Positions 9,879 through 20,213 of a DNA stretch of 64,000 nt are shown here, in pieces. Source of the stretch: Spirochaetaceae bacterium (lineage in GTDB: Bacteria; Spirochaetota; Spirochaetia; DSM-2461); the NCBI GenBank assembly GCA_051531975.1, contig JAOPTT010000004.1:192001-256000 (forward strand). The letters are read 5' to 3'. A program made the position numbers and the translations under genes. The notes below the pieces were generated by a model. That model was given only the letters and a program-made list of their open reading frames with translations. It did no database searches and was not told the DNA's origin. Positions within the stretch are counted from its first letter, which is position 1. Each line of letters opens with the position of its first letter.

Positions 9879-10877
9879 ATGGAAAGTAAGACAAAAAACA
9901 ATATAAATTTAGAAGATATTAAAAAGGTTTTCGACTGCTATTTTAAAGGTAGTAATGTAACTGAAATTAAAGAGTTAAAAGATGGATGTTTTAATATGTC
10001 ATACCTTGTTGGTCTAGAAAATGGGGATGAAGTTGTATTAAAAATAGCTCCACCAGATGTTGTTGAATTATTAATATACGAAAAAGATATAATGTTAACA
10101 GAAGTGAAGTATCATAATCTTGTTTCGAAGACAATTGATATACCTGTACCTCAAATAATCTGTTCTGACTTTTCTAAAAATATTATTCCATATAATTATT
10201 TTATTATGCAGAAGTTACATGGGAAACCATTAAACAGATGTGAACCAATAAGTGATAAACAGAGAAAAACTCTTTATTTACAGTTAGCTAAATACTTAGC
10301 TTTAATTCACGATATTAAAGGAGAATATTTTGGATATGAAGTTTTAAAAGAAGACTTTGTTGGTAAAGGTTATTATGAATCTTTTAAAATTATGTTTAAT
10401 TATTTAATAGAAGATGCAGATAAAAAAGATATAAAGTTACCTATTAGTTCAGAAGAACTTTTTGCTTTATTAGACCGATATTCATATACATTCAAAAATA
10501 TAATAGAGCCTGTTTTTGTTCATTATGATCTATGGGATGGAAATATATTTGTTACGGACATGGATAATTCTCCTACAATAGAAGGTCTAATTGATTTTGA
10601 GAGAGGTTATTTTGCAGATCCTGCAGCTGATTTTTCACAGATGGCAGGCTATATCGATCTGGAAAAAAACAGCTATTTTATAGATGAGTATAATAAATAT
10701 GCTAAAAAGAAATTTGAATTGGGGGAAGCCGAATTAATTAGGATACAATTATATAGACTATATGTCTTAACCATCATGGTTGTGGAATCTTATTATAGGG
10801 ATGTTGATGGTAGTTATAATGATCAGCTGAAATGGGCTACTGATGAATTTTTAAAGCTTTATACCTTATTAAACTGA
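9879..10877 (+). CDS. APH/choline-kinase-like phosphotransferase
   Basis: VLKIAP, HYDLWDGN and IDFE motifs. Start moved to ATG 9879, which lies 7 nt after an extended -10 TGtTATACT. Confidence 0.8.
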   Translation: MESKTKNNINLEDIKKVFDCYFKGSNVTEIKELKDGCFNMSYLVGLENGDEVVLKIAPPDVVELLIYEKDIMLTEVKYHNLVSKTIDIPVPQIICSDFSKNIIPYNYFIMQKLHGKPLNRCEPISDKQRKTLYLQLAKYLALIHDIKGEYFGYEVLKEDFVGKGYYESFKIMFNYLIEDADKKDIKLPISSEELFALLDRYSYTFKNIIEPVFVHYDLWDGNIFVTDMDNSPTIEGLIDFERGYFADPAADFSQMAGYIDLEKNSYFIDEYNKYAKKKFELGEAELIRIQLYRLYVLTIMVVESYYRDVDGSYNDQLKWATDEFLKLYTLLN

Positions 10878-11695
10878 TAGATACCCCGGCCTATTACACT
10901 GCTTAGAACTATTATCCCACCAATTAAACTTAGAGTAGATGGTAGTTCTCCAATGAATAGAAAAACCCAAACAGGATTTAGAAGAGGCTCTACCATAGGT
11001 ATTAAAATAGCATCTAAAGCTTTTAGGTGAATTATAGATTTTGAGTAAAATATATATGCTAATCCAATCTGAATTACTCCAAGAAATAGAAGGCTCATAA
11101 TACTACTAGTTCCAAACAGTTCTTGAGTATAAAAAGGTAACCCAACGATACATGTTAAAAGGTTCCCATAAATAATAGCAAAAATAACTTCGTTGTGTTT
11201 TAAAAATTTAGCAGTAATAAAAAAGCCTGCAAAGGATATACTAGTAACTATGGCTATTAAGTTTCCTGCTAACATTCCAGCATTTAGCTTTTCTAGAAAA
11301 AACATCATAAGCCCTATAAACAGTATAATAATACTAATAATATCTGATTTTCTTAGACGTTCTTTTAAAATTACCCAGGATAAAAGTGCAACCCATACAG
11401 GGGCTATGTACTGTATTAAAATCGCATTTGCTGCTGTTGTTAGTTTATTTGAAACAACAAACCCAACTAAAGTGACTGTATAGCAAATTGCAGCTAAAAC
11501 CATATATTTATTTGGTTTAACTAATTTGAAACCGGTGTAAGCCCAGATGAATAGTCCTGCAATTCCTGCCCTGGCACTTGAAATTGCTAAAGGATGACCA
11601 TTTACCATTTTTATAAATAGACCTCCAGTACTCCATAACAAAGCAGTAATTAACATTCCAATTATTGCAGATTTTCTTCCATTTATAAACTTCAT
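10859..11695 (-). CDS. DMT/EamA family transporter
   Basis: About 10 TM helices in two EamA repeats (LWSTGG, TTAANA, EPLLNPVW). Confidence 0.88.
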   Translation of the reverse strand: MKFINGRKSAIIGMLITALLWSTGGLFIKMVNGHPLAISSARAGIAGLFIWAYTGFKLVKPNKYMVLAAICYTVTLVGFVVSNKLTTAANAILIQYIAPVWVALLSWVILKERLRKSDIISIIILFIGLMMFFLEKLNAGMLAGNLIAIVTSISFAGFFITAKFLKHNEVIFAIIYGNLLTCIVGLPFYTQELFGTSSIMSLLFLGVIQIGLAYIFYSKSIIHLKALDAILIPMVEPLLNPVWVFLFIGELPSTLSLIGGIIVLSSVIGRGIYQFNKV

Positions 11696-11800
11696 CTAGT
11701 ACCTCGGAGCTTTATATTAAACTTAAAAGTATAAATTTAAAATATAATTCAAATTAAAATATATTTGGAATTCTTTGCCTTTTACTTTAATATTTATAAT

Positions 11801-12586
11801 ATGAACAAAAGTATTAAAAACATAATTATATTAGCCATCCTCTTCCTTACATTTAGTTGTATTACAGGGTCTTCTAAAGATAGAGGTAGCTTAAGCGACG
11901 CTATGGATGCAGCAAGAGACGATAGTGATGATAGAACTATACCAGATTTTAAAGATGATGGAGGATGGGAATCAGATGATGAGTTTTGGGGTAATAATCC
12001 CCCAATCGAGGATGACTATGATGAAGCAGTTGGTACATCTTTTGAACCAAACCCTGAGGCCATTATTGTTTTACGAAGTGGACCGTCTATTACAAGTTCA
12101 TCTTATTTTGATTCTCTAATAAATATAGAGGTACTAATTGGTGCAGGGGATGGAAATTTAGAAGTATATTTTTATGGAGGATTTAAATCCTTAGAAGTAA
12201 AAGAGAGTAGTTCTATATACGAAACGATAAAAGAAGATGCGACCATGTTAACTGGAGGAATAGAGAGTAAATATTATCCGTTTAAATACTTAAAGATCTT
12301 TTCACCCTATTTAATAGGCCGTGTTGGTGGAATGTATTTCTTTTGGGATTATCTGAATTCTTTCTATTCAGGAGGAGATTATATCGATAGCGATATATTA
12401 GGTGGAGTTTCTGGGGCAGTTGGTTTAGGTTTAGATTTAATAAGACTGGATACATTTAATTTAGGTATCCAGTGTGTTCCAACCGGATACCTATTTAGTG
12501 GTGAAACCACCCAAGGTTTTACTAACGATTATTTTAGTGAATATGGAGAAGTAACTCTCTCAGTAGAAGCTGGGTATAAATTTTAG
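11801..12586 (+). CDS. Hypothetical lipoprotein with probable C-terminal outer-membrane beta-barrel
   Basis: Lipobox LTFSC, acidic linker, alternating beta-strand pattern (FSPYLIGRVGG), terminal ...EAGYKF. Confidence 0.55.
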   Translation: MNKSIKNIIILAILFLTFSCITGSSKDRGSLSDAMDAARDDSDDRTIPDFKDDGGWESDDEFWGNNPPIEDDYDEAVGTSFEPNPEAIIVLRSGPSITSSSYFDSLINIEVLIGAGDGNLEVYFYGGFKSLEVKESSSIYETIKEDATMLTGGIESKYYPFKYLKIFSPYLIGRVGGMYFFWDYLNSFYSGGDYIDSDILGGVSGAVGLGLDLIRLDTFNLGIQCVPTGYLFSGETTQGFTNDYFSEYGEVTLSVEAGYKF

Positions 12587-14235
12587 GTTACACTTAAGAT
12601 AATTGCAGCACCAGCTTTAATTACCTGTCCATCATAATCTTTTGTAGTTCCAAATATTAATTTATATTTTTCTGTATCATTAACTTTTAATTTTTTATTA
12701 TCGTTAGAATAATTAATTATAACTTGATAGACTGAAAACTTGAATATTCGTTTAAATATAAGTAGATCATCATCTTCACTATTTATCTCTAGATACTCAC
12801 CATATTGTAATGTTTTATGACCATTTCTAAACTTAATAATACTTTTATAGTAGTTTAATATTGAGTTTTTATCTTTTAATTCATCAGCAACATTTATTCC
12901 ATTTTTATATTCAGGATCTATTGGTAACCAAGTTTTAACTCCCGGTGCAGAGAAGCCTGCATTTACTCTGTTATCCCAAGGCATTGGGGTTCGACACTTA
13001 TCTCTTGTATCTAATTTTGCAATTTCTAATGCCTCATCCGGGGTTTTACCATCTTTTATCGAGCTATAATATAAGTTTACAGATTTTAAATCCATAAAAT
13101 CATCAAGAGATTCAGGAGTATAATCTTTAAGACCAATCTCATCACCATAATATAGATAGGGTGTTCCTTTTAATGTAAGTAGAAGGAATATAGCCTGCTT
13201 TAACGCCTGATGTTCTATATCATTATTCCCATATCTAGACCTAATTCTAGGCTGATCATGGTTACTTAATGTATTGCCTTGATAACACTGTTTTGGATGT
13301 AAGGGTAATCTTTTCCTTTGGTTTTTTATTACAGATATTTTATCAATTCCATCTTGCATGAGTGGGAAGTTAAAAACCATATGTAACTGATCTGTACCAT
13401 CTCCCATATATTCAGGGTAGGATAGTTCTCCAACTAAGAATTTATCTTCGGTATAACTATCTGCCAACAACCTAATTTCTTTTAAAAGTTCAAATAGTTC
13501 TGGTTGTTTGATCTGGTGCCTCATGTAGTGTTCCCAGGCATCATGCTGTAGGAATTCATCATCACTTTCTTTGATAGACTTTGAAAAACCTTCCGGAGTC
13601 ATTCCTTGATTTGTCAGATTCTCATCCTCAAATATAGATGATATTGCGTCAATTCTATAACCATCAACCCCTAAATCTAGCCAGAACCTCATAACATTAA
13701 ACATCGCCTCTTTTAATTCAGGGTTTCTCCAGTTTAGATCCGGCTGTTCCTTTAAAAAAAAGTGGTAATAATATTCGTCTGTTTTTTCATCTAAAGTCCA
13801 TGCTGGTCCTCGAAAGCAACTCTGCCAATCATTGGGAAAGCTTCCACTGTTTTTTTCCCATACATACCAATCCCTTTTAGGGTTATCAATAGAGGATTTT
13901 GATTCGATAAACCATGGATGTTTATCTGATGTATGGTTAAGAACTAAATCTAATATTACTTTTATATCTCTATTATGAGCTTCTTGTAAAAACTCTTTAA
14001 AATCTTCCATAGATCCATATTCACTACCAACACTGGAATAATCCGATATATCGTATCCACAATCTAGAAATGGGGAAGGGTAGTGGGGACTTAACCAGAT
14101 AGCTCCGATACCTAAATCTTTTAAATAGTCTAATTTTGATGTTATTCCTTTTAAATCACCAATCCCGTCTGCATTTGAGTCGGCAAATGATCTTGGATAT
14201 ATCTGATATATTACTCTTTCTTTCCACCATTCCAT
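12583..14235 (-). CDS. GH13 alpha-glucosidase / oligo-1,6-glucosidase
   Basis: YQIYPRSF, DLVLNH, QPDLNW, GYRIDAI (nucleophile), VGE, NHD. Confidence 0.92.
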   Translation of the reverse strand: MEWWKERVIYQIYPRSFADSNADGIGDLKGITSKLDYLKDLGIGAIWLSPHYPSPFLDCGYDISDYSSVGSEYGSMEDFKEFLQEAHNRDIKVILDLVLNHTSDKHPWFIESKSSIDNPKRDWYVWEKNSGSFPNDWQSCFRGPAWTLDEKTDEYYYHFFLKEQPDLNWRNPELKEAMFNVMRFWLDLGVDGYRIDAISSIFEDENLTNQGMTPEGFSKSIKESDDEFLQHDAWEHYMRHQIKQPELFELLKEIRLLADSYTEDKFLVGELSYPEYMGDGTDQLHMVFNFPLMQDGIDKISVIKNQRKRLPLHPKQCYQGNTLSNHDQPRIRSRYGNNDIEHQALKQAIFLLLTLKGTPYLYYGDEIGLKDYTPESLDDFMDLKSVNLYYSSIKDGKTPDEALEIAKLDTRDKCRTPMPWDNRVNAGFSAPGVKTWLPIDPEYKNGINVADELKDKNSILNYYKSIIKFRNGHKTLQYGEYLEINSEDDDLLIFKRIFKFSVYQVIINYSNDNKKLKVNDTEKYKLIFGTTKDYDGQVIKAGAAIILSVT

Positions 14236-14304
14236 ATATTAAATTATTTCCTTTATCTTTAAGTCTTGTTTTGGTATACTAACTTTATTATTTAAAATTG
14301 GCAA

Positions 14305-14318
14305 TGCAAACGGTTGCA
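14305..14318. promoter_or_regulatory. LacI-family operator
   Basis: TGCAAACGGTTGCA palindrome with central CG, between the divergent GH13 and lacI genes, downstream of extended -10 TGGTATACT (14272-14280). Confidence 0.75.
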
Positions 14319-14332
14319 CAGTAGGTGGATTT

Positions 14333-15367
14333 ATGAGGGTTACGATTAAAGATATAGCTAAAATAGCAGGTGTTAATATGTCCACTGTCTCCAGAGCCCT
14401 AAATAATAATCCTAAAATAAAGTTAGAAACTAGAGATAAAATTAAAAAAATTGCAGTTGAAATGAATTTTGAATTTAATGCTGGAGCCCGAAGTTTAAGT
14501 GGTAAAAAAACTGGAAATATTGGGGTAGTTTATGAGACTCATATTGGTCAGTTAGGCCCATCTTTATATATTAACCAACTGTTTATAGAACTTAGGCATG
14601 TATTAGAGAGAAGTGATCTTGATACTATTGTTTTAGAGGGGTATCACCCAGATACAGGTGTTAGTAATATACGGCGATTAATTAGCCAACAGAAAGTAGA
14701 TGCCTTTATAATTGTTCACGATAAGATAACAGCTGAAGATTACAAAAGTATGCGTAGTGCTAAAATCCCATTTGTACAATTACAACTGCTACCAAGCCAA
14801 ATTGAAAGAGAATATATTGACTATTTCTTTGCTGATAATAAAAAAGGTGGTTATATTGCAACAGAGCATTTAATAAAACAAGGGTGCAAAAAAATATTAA
14901 CAGTACTTCCCCACGATGTTACCTACGAAGAGTATACAAGCAGAACAGTTGGTTATAGGAAAGCTTTGGAAGATAATAACCTTGAATACAATAAGGACTA
15001 TGTTATTCCAGCAGATTTTAGTTTTTCTGTTGGGAATAAGCTATTAAATAGTAACTCCGATCTTATAAAAAGTGCTGATGGTATATTTTTTCAAACTGAT
15101 ATTCAGGCATTTGCATTTTTAACTATAGCAAGAGAAAGAGGGATTAAAATACCTGAAGATTTAAAAATTATCGGTTTTGATGACTCACCAATATGCGAAG
15201 CAATAACTCCCACACTTTCTACTATTCATCAGCCTAAAACAGAACTTGCGGAACTTGCCTGTGATAGAATTATGGAATTAATTAGCAATAAAAAATTAGA
15301 TAGCTTAAATCAGGAAATAGTCTCTCCTACTTTAATAGTTAGGCAGTCTTCAGAGTCTAAACTTTAG
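14333..15367 (+). CDS. LacI family transcriptional regulator
   Basis: TIKDIAKIAGVNMSTVSRALN HTH, ARSL hinge, IPEDLKIIGFDD. Confidence 0.95.
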   Translation: MRVTIKDIAKIAGVNMSTVSRALNNNPKIKLETRDKIKKIAVEMNFEFNAGARSLSGKKTGNIGVVYETHIGQLGPSLYINQLFIELRHVLERSDLDTIVLEGYHPDTGVSNIRRLISQQKVDAFIIVHDKITAEDYKSMRSAKIPFVQLQLLPSQIEREYIDYFFADNKKGGYIATEHLIKQGCKKILTVLPHDVTYEEYTSRTVGYRKALEDNNLEYNKDYVIPADFSFSVGNKLLNSNSDLIKSADGIFFQTDIQAFAFLTIARERGIKIPEDLKIIGFDDSPICEAITPTLSTIHQPKTELAELACDRIMELISNKKLDSLNQEIVSPTLIVRQSSESKL

Positions 15368-17128
15368 TATAAACTTTGCTCCAGTAGTATTAGGAGCATC
15401 ATCTAAAGATACATTTGCTCCAATATTTTCGGACAGTTGTTTTACAAGATATAAACCTAACCCAATTGAACCTTCCCCACCTGTTGGTTTAGCCGATAAT
15501 CTCTGGAATTTTCCAAATAGTAGTTTTTTATCATCCACTGAAAACCCAGGTCCACCATCTTGAATCTCCCATATAGCCCAACTGTTTTTTTCTGAGATGT
15601 TTATATTAATGAATGACTTTTCATAGGAGTATTTAATTGAGTTATCTATTAAATTTTCTAATATCATTTTAATTAAAAAATAGCTATTCACCACAACAGT
15701 ATTCTTGGAATGTATTACATCTATTGTTATATGTTTTTCACGGTACTGATATGCAAAATTTCTAATCAAAATGTTTGTAAGTTCTGGTAGATCTACTTCT
15801 TCTCTGTTTGTGGAGTGTATCCCTTCATCTAATTTCAGAAAAGTCATAATGTTTTCATTAAGTGATTTTAAATTTCTTGCAGCACCATGTATCATTTTAT
15901 ATTCAGTTTTATCATTATCTCCCTGTAGAAGTTCTAGTGTTATATTATATAAAAATGTTAAAGGGGATGCTGAATTATGGCTTAACAGATGAATTAAAGA
16001 GGTTCTAAGCTCTACAAGTTCTTCTTTTTTATGCAATGTTTTATCTAGTTTGTTATTCACATCTTTTAACTCTTTTATCTGCCCTGATATCTTATCTACA
16101 AGAGTATTTAGATTTGTATTTAGTGTCATAAACTCATCGTTATTAGTAGCTATACTTATTTTATTATATTTTCCACCTGCAATATCATTAATATATTTAT
16201 TAGCACTAAGTATATTTTTAATAATGTATCTAGATGTATAAGATCCTGCAATAAGTGCGGAAATTAGTCCTATTGTTAAAAGTAGGTGAATGATAAATTG
16301 CATCTGTTTTGTTTCATCTTCAATTATTGAATTTGGTAGAAGACTAACAATAAACATCTGTAGTTCATCGATATAAATTGTCCTGTAGTAGTATTTTGTA
16401 TTGTTAATATTTATAGTGTTCTCTTTCTGAGGTTTTTTTAAGAATGACTCCCAATCAAAATTAGAGCTATTTTTAGAGAACTCATTGTTAAGTGATACTG
16501 GAATCCCTTCTGAAGATACTACAATTAGTTCCGTGCTTTTTCCTAAAGCCTCTATTTTGAGTAATTTTAAAAAATCTTGTGCAGTTGTATCTATAGATAA
16601 TACACCGGTAAACTTGTTGTTATAATCTTTAATTCCAATTGTAGCTGATACAACTAAATCATTAGAGGTGTATTCATGATAGGGATCTGTCCACTTTATA
16701 GTTTCAGAGTTTTTTCCTGTTATATACCATGGCCTATTTTTTATTTCGTAACCAGCAGGTTTTTCCCAAATTGGGCTAACTATTAATTCATTATCTTCTG
16801 TCCCATAGTAGATCCATGATCTTTCGGGAAATATCTCTATACAGAGATCCCACTGGCCTTGGATACGATTATATGCATCTTGATCTTGAAATACATTATG
16901 AAGCTCTCTGTTTTTTGAGATCGCAATTGTTAGTGCTTCCATATCAGAAATATGTCTTTCTATTACGTCGTGATATACTGTATTTAAAACTGTATTTTGT
17001 TCATTTATAAACCGTTTTTCTATTTTGTTTTTATATATAGTAGAAAATAAAAAGACCATAATTAATAAGGGTAATAATATTAATGAGATGAAAAGAGTTA
17101 GAAACTTTGACTTAATCGAAATAAACAC
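15350..17128 (-). CDS. Sensor histidine kinase (dCache, HAMP, HisKA, HATPase)
   Basis: Two TMs, RPWY dCache motif, NLIDNSIKY, DGGPG, GLGL; atypical H-box SHNSASP; GTG start. Confidence 0.88.
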   Translation of the reverse strand: MFISIKSKFLTLFISLILLPLLIMVFLFSTIYKNKIEKRFINEQNTVLNTVYHDVIERHISDMEALTIAISKNRELHNVFQDQDAYNRIQGQWDLCIEIFPERSWIYYGTEDNELIVSPIWEKPAGYEIKNRPWYITGKNSETIKWTDPYHEYTSNDLVVSATIGIKDYNNKFTGVLSIDTTAQDFLKLLKIEALGKSTELIVVSSEGIPVSLNNEFSKNSSNFDWESFLKKPQKENTININNTKYYYRTIYIDELQMFIVSLLPNSIIEDETKQMQFIIHLLLTIGLISALIAGSYTSRYIIKNILSANKYINDIAGGKYNKISIATNNDEFMTLNTNLNTLVDKISGQIKELKDVNNKLDKTLHKKEELVELRTSLIHLLSHNSASPLTFLYNITLELLQGDNDKTEYKMIHGAARNLKSLNENIMTFLKLDEGIHSTNREEVDLPELTNILIRNFAYQYREKHITIDVIHSKNTVVVNSYFLIKMILENLIDNSIKYSYEKSFININISEKNSWAIWEIQDGGPGFSVDDKKLLFGKFQRLSAKPTGGEGSIGLGLYLVKQLSENIGANVSLDDAPNTTGAKFILKFRL

Positions 17129-17225
17129 TCTTTTATTATGAAGTTCCCCAAATAAAACTTCAAGTTAAAAAAAATATTAATGAATAATTAATGTTATACC
17201 ACTATTATTAATAGTGGATGGCAAG

Positions 17226-17927
17226 ATGAAGAGAAGTATATTAGTCATAGAAGATGATACATACCTAAGGAAATTTATTTGCAGTTCGCTTATTAAAGTC
17301 AACTATAACTGCATAGCTGCAGCTTGTGGTAAAGACGGTATCCAGATGTTAAAAAGTAAATATTTTGATTTAATCATTCTGGACCTAGATTTAGGAGATA
17401 TGAATGGGCAAGAGATACTCTCTTTAATGAGGAAACAGAGTATCGATCTACCGGTTATAATTATTTCTACATTTAATAGTATTAATACTAAAATTGATCT
17501 GTTTGATATTGGATGTGACGATTATATAACTAAACCATTTTATGTTGATGAACTACTTGCTAGAGTTAAGAGACTTATAGAGAGGACCACAAATAAAAGT
17601 CCAGCAAAAAATGAATCTTTAGTTAATGAGATTATACAGTTTGATGGTATGGAACTTAATTTTGAAGATTTAACACTTTCAAAAGATGGTAAAAAAATAG
17701 ATTTAACAAAAAAACTGTTTGATTTATTGGCGTATTTTATTAAAAATGCAAATAGAGTATTAACTAAGGAACAGATAATTTCGAGGTTTTGGAATCAGGC
17801 AGAAAACTTCCCTGAGAATACTTTAACTGTCCATATACATAAACTTCGGTCGTTAATAGAAGATACCCCCTCAAAGCCGAAATATCTTGTAACTAAAAGA
17901 GGGCATGGATATATTTTTAATACATAG
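17226..17927 (+). CDS. OmpR-family response regulator
   Basis: IEDD, LDL, YITKPF, winged helix (TVHIHKLR...RGHGY). Start is either GTG 17214 or ATG 17226. Confidence 0.92.
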   Translation: MKRSILVIEDDTYLRKFICSSLIKVNYNCIAAACGKDGIQMLKSKYFDLIILDLDLGDMNGQEILSLMRKQSIDLPVIIISTFNSINTKIDLFDIGCDDYITKPFYVDELLARVKRLIERTTNKSPAKNESLVNEIIQFDGMELNFEDLTLSKDGKKIDLTKKLFDLLAYFIKNANRVLTKEQIISRFWNQAENFPENTLTVHIHKLRSLIEDTPSKPKYLVTKRGHGYIFNT

Positions 17928-17931
17928 AAGT

Positions 17932-20061
17932 CTATATTGTTAAAGTTCCTATCTGTTTATACCCACTTGGACTAATAATATTATAATTTATAACTCTAAT
18001 TTCTGTAAAACCTTTTACACCTACTAATACCTCAAATTCCTGGGTATCACCTTTTGTTATAGTAAAAACTACTTCACTATATGTTCCGTCTTTATAATTA
18101 TCTGTTTTACCATCATCATCATATAGAGTATAAGACGCTTTAGATTCTACAAACGCTACGATTTCAATTTCTTTGTTGTTTATAGATTCAACATTTTTAG
18201 CATGGTTACCTATCACTAAAATTTTGTTTTTTCTAATAAACAGTGGAACTTGATGTAAATCGACATTTATATAAGAGTGCCCTTTTTGTATAACTTCAAA
18301 ATCCATCTTTTTATAGTTTGAAGCTTTAGTTAATAACATATCTTCAGGTAAATATACATTTCTTCCTAGATTATTGGCTTTGTAGATAGGTGTTAACATA
18401 ATAGAATCACCTATTAATACCTGATCTTCTATTCGCCTAGAAATGTTATCTATGTATTCAAAAGAGAGTGGTTTTATATAAGATTCACTCTGTATTACAC
18501 TTTTCATGTACTCTGAATATATATATGGAATTAGAGCATATCTTAGTTTTATTGTATCCCTAAGTATATCTGTAGTTTCTGAATCGAAAGAAAATGGTTC
18601 CTGGTTTCTGGTTCCAAGAGCTGCATGGTTTCTAAGTAGTGGAGTAAAGATTCCAAATTGAGTCCACCTGATTGTTAGCTCTGCATTTGCATTACAACCA
18701 AAACCACCAACATCGGCTCCAGAGTATAAAAAGCCAACCATGTTTATAGATGGAAGCATTTTAATATTTAATTCTAAGTGTTCCCACCAAGATTTATTAT
18801 CACCTGTCCATATCCCTCCATATCTATGCATTCCTACTGATGATGCTCTAGAAAAGAGTAAAAACCTTTTGTTAGGGTATAAATCACTCATACTATCGCT
18901 AGCTGCTCTAGTCATATTATATCCATATAAGTTGTGAAGATCGTAGTGGTTAATTAGTTCTCCATCGACATTGTGGTAAAAACTTTTATAGTCATCTATG
19001 TTATTGGATATTTTAGAAAATGTATCCTTAATATCAAAAAAAGAGTAGATATCTAGATTTGTACCTTTTACTTTTTCTAATTTTTTATAAGCTTTTTTAA
19101 TACCTTCTTCAGAGTAGAATATAGCTGGTTCATTCATATCGTTCCAGAAACCCTCAATACCCTGATCTATTAAGAATTTATATTTATCGCCAAACCATTT
19201 TCTACTTTTTGCATTCATGAAATCTGGGAAGTGTACTCTTCCTGGCCATACTGCTCCAACAAATGTCTTGCCTACTTTATCTACACAATAATGTCCCAGT
19301 TCTAATCCTTCATCATAAATGTTATAACCTTCTTCAATTTTGCAGCCTGCATCTATTATTGGTATTAGTCTGAAACCTTTATCTTTTATTGTCTTAACAA
19401 ACTCTGGGAAATTAGGGAATTTATTATTATCGACTGTAAAGTTTTTATAGTTGTCCATGTAGTCTATGTCCATATAGATAGAATCACATGGGATATCTTT
19501 TTCTAAAAATTCATCTGCAATTTTTGTAATTGCCTTCTCATCTGGGTAACTCCAACGACTTTGTTGGAAACCAAATGCCCACTTTGGAGGAACAAAAGAT
19601 AAACCAATAGCTTCTCGGAATTTTTTTACAATAATTTTGGTTGAATCTCCCTCAATTAAATATAAATTCAGGTTAGGATTCTCTGCATAGATTGATATAT
19701 TATCTTTGTCTGTAAAACCAATATCAAAACTAACCATTCCTGGGTGGTCTATGTAAATACCAAAATTTCTCTGCCCATCGATAATAATTAGATTGTGGGC
19801 AGCATATAAAGACTTTTTATCTGGAGTATGATCAAAATCGTCGGTGCAGAAGGATTCATATAGTCCTCCTCTTTTATTTAAACCATTAACATTTTCGCCT
19901 AAACCATAAACAATATCTTTTGGATCCATAGGATAGGTAAGTGTGAAACCGTTTTTTACATCTGTTTTTATATAACTCACAATTTCTTTAGTTTCAATAA
20001 TCTTATCTGTATTAATAATAGCTTCTGTATTAAAAGGCTTTCCAAATATGATCTTCTTCAT
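17932..20061 (-). CDS. GH31 alpha-glucosidase
   Basis: PPKWAFGFQQSRWSY, DIDYM, WNDMNEP, WTGDN, GADVGGF, RNH. Confidence 0.92.
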   Translation of the reverse strand: MKKIIFGKPFNTEAIINTDKIIETKEIVSYIKTDVKNGFTLTYPMDPKDIVYGLGENVNGLNKRGGLYESFCTDDFDHTPDKKSLYAAHNLIIIDGQRNFGIYIDHPGMVSFDIGFTDKDNISIYAENPNLNLYLIEGDSTKIIVKKFREAIGLSFVPPKWAFGFQQSRWSYPDEKAITKIADEFLEKDIPCDSIYMDIDYMDNYKNFTVDNNKFPNFPEFVKTIKDKGFRLIPIIDAGCKIEEGYNIYDEGLELGHYCVDKVGKTFVGAVWPGRVHFPDFMNAKSRKWFGDKYKFLIDQGIEGFWNDMNEPAIFYSEEGIKKAYKKLEKVKGTNLDIYSFFDIKDTFSKISNNIDDYKSFYHNVDGELINHYDLHNLYGYNMTRAASDSMSDLYPNKRFLLFSRASSVGMHRYGGIWTGDNKSWWEHLELNIKMLPSINMVGFLYSGADVGGFGCNANAELTIRWTQFGIFTPLLRNHAALGTRNQEPFSFDSETTDILRDTIKLRYALIPYIYSEYMKSVIQSESYIKPLSFEYIDNISRRIEDQVLIGDSIMLTPIYKANNLGRNVYLPEDMLLTKASNYKKMDFEVIQKGHSYINVDLHQVPLFIRKNKILVIGNHAKNVESINNKEIEIVAFVESKASYTLYDDDGKTDNYKDGTYSEVVFTITKGDTQEFEVLVGVKGFTEIRVINYNIISPSGYKQIGTLTI

Positions 20062-20213
20062 ATAAAACTCCTATTTATTAATTTAACCCTGTCACTTAAA
20101 TATAACAGAATTCTAATTAAAAAAAACAGGACTTTTAATGTGAACTAAGTATATTGTATTTGAAGTTTTGCTTAATTAAGCATATCCTATTTTAAGTGAG
20201 TAGGAGAAAAAAT

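Noticed and set aside
9879..10877. Aminoglycoside resistance gene
   Set aside because: Only the generic APH/choline-kinase fold motifs are present; there is no mobile context or recognisable resistance allele.
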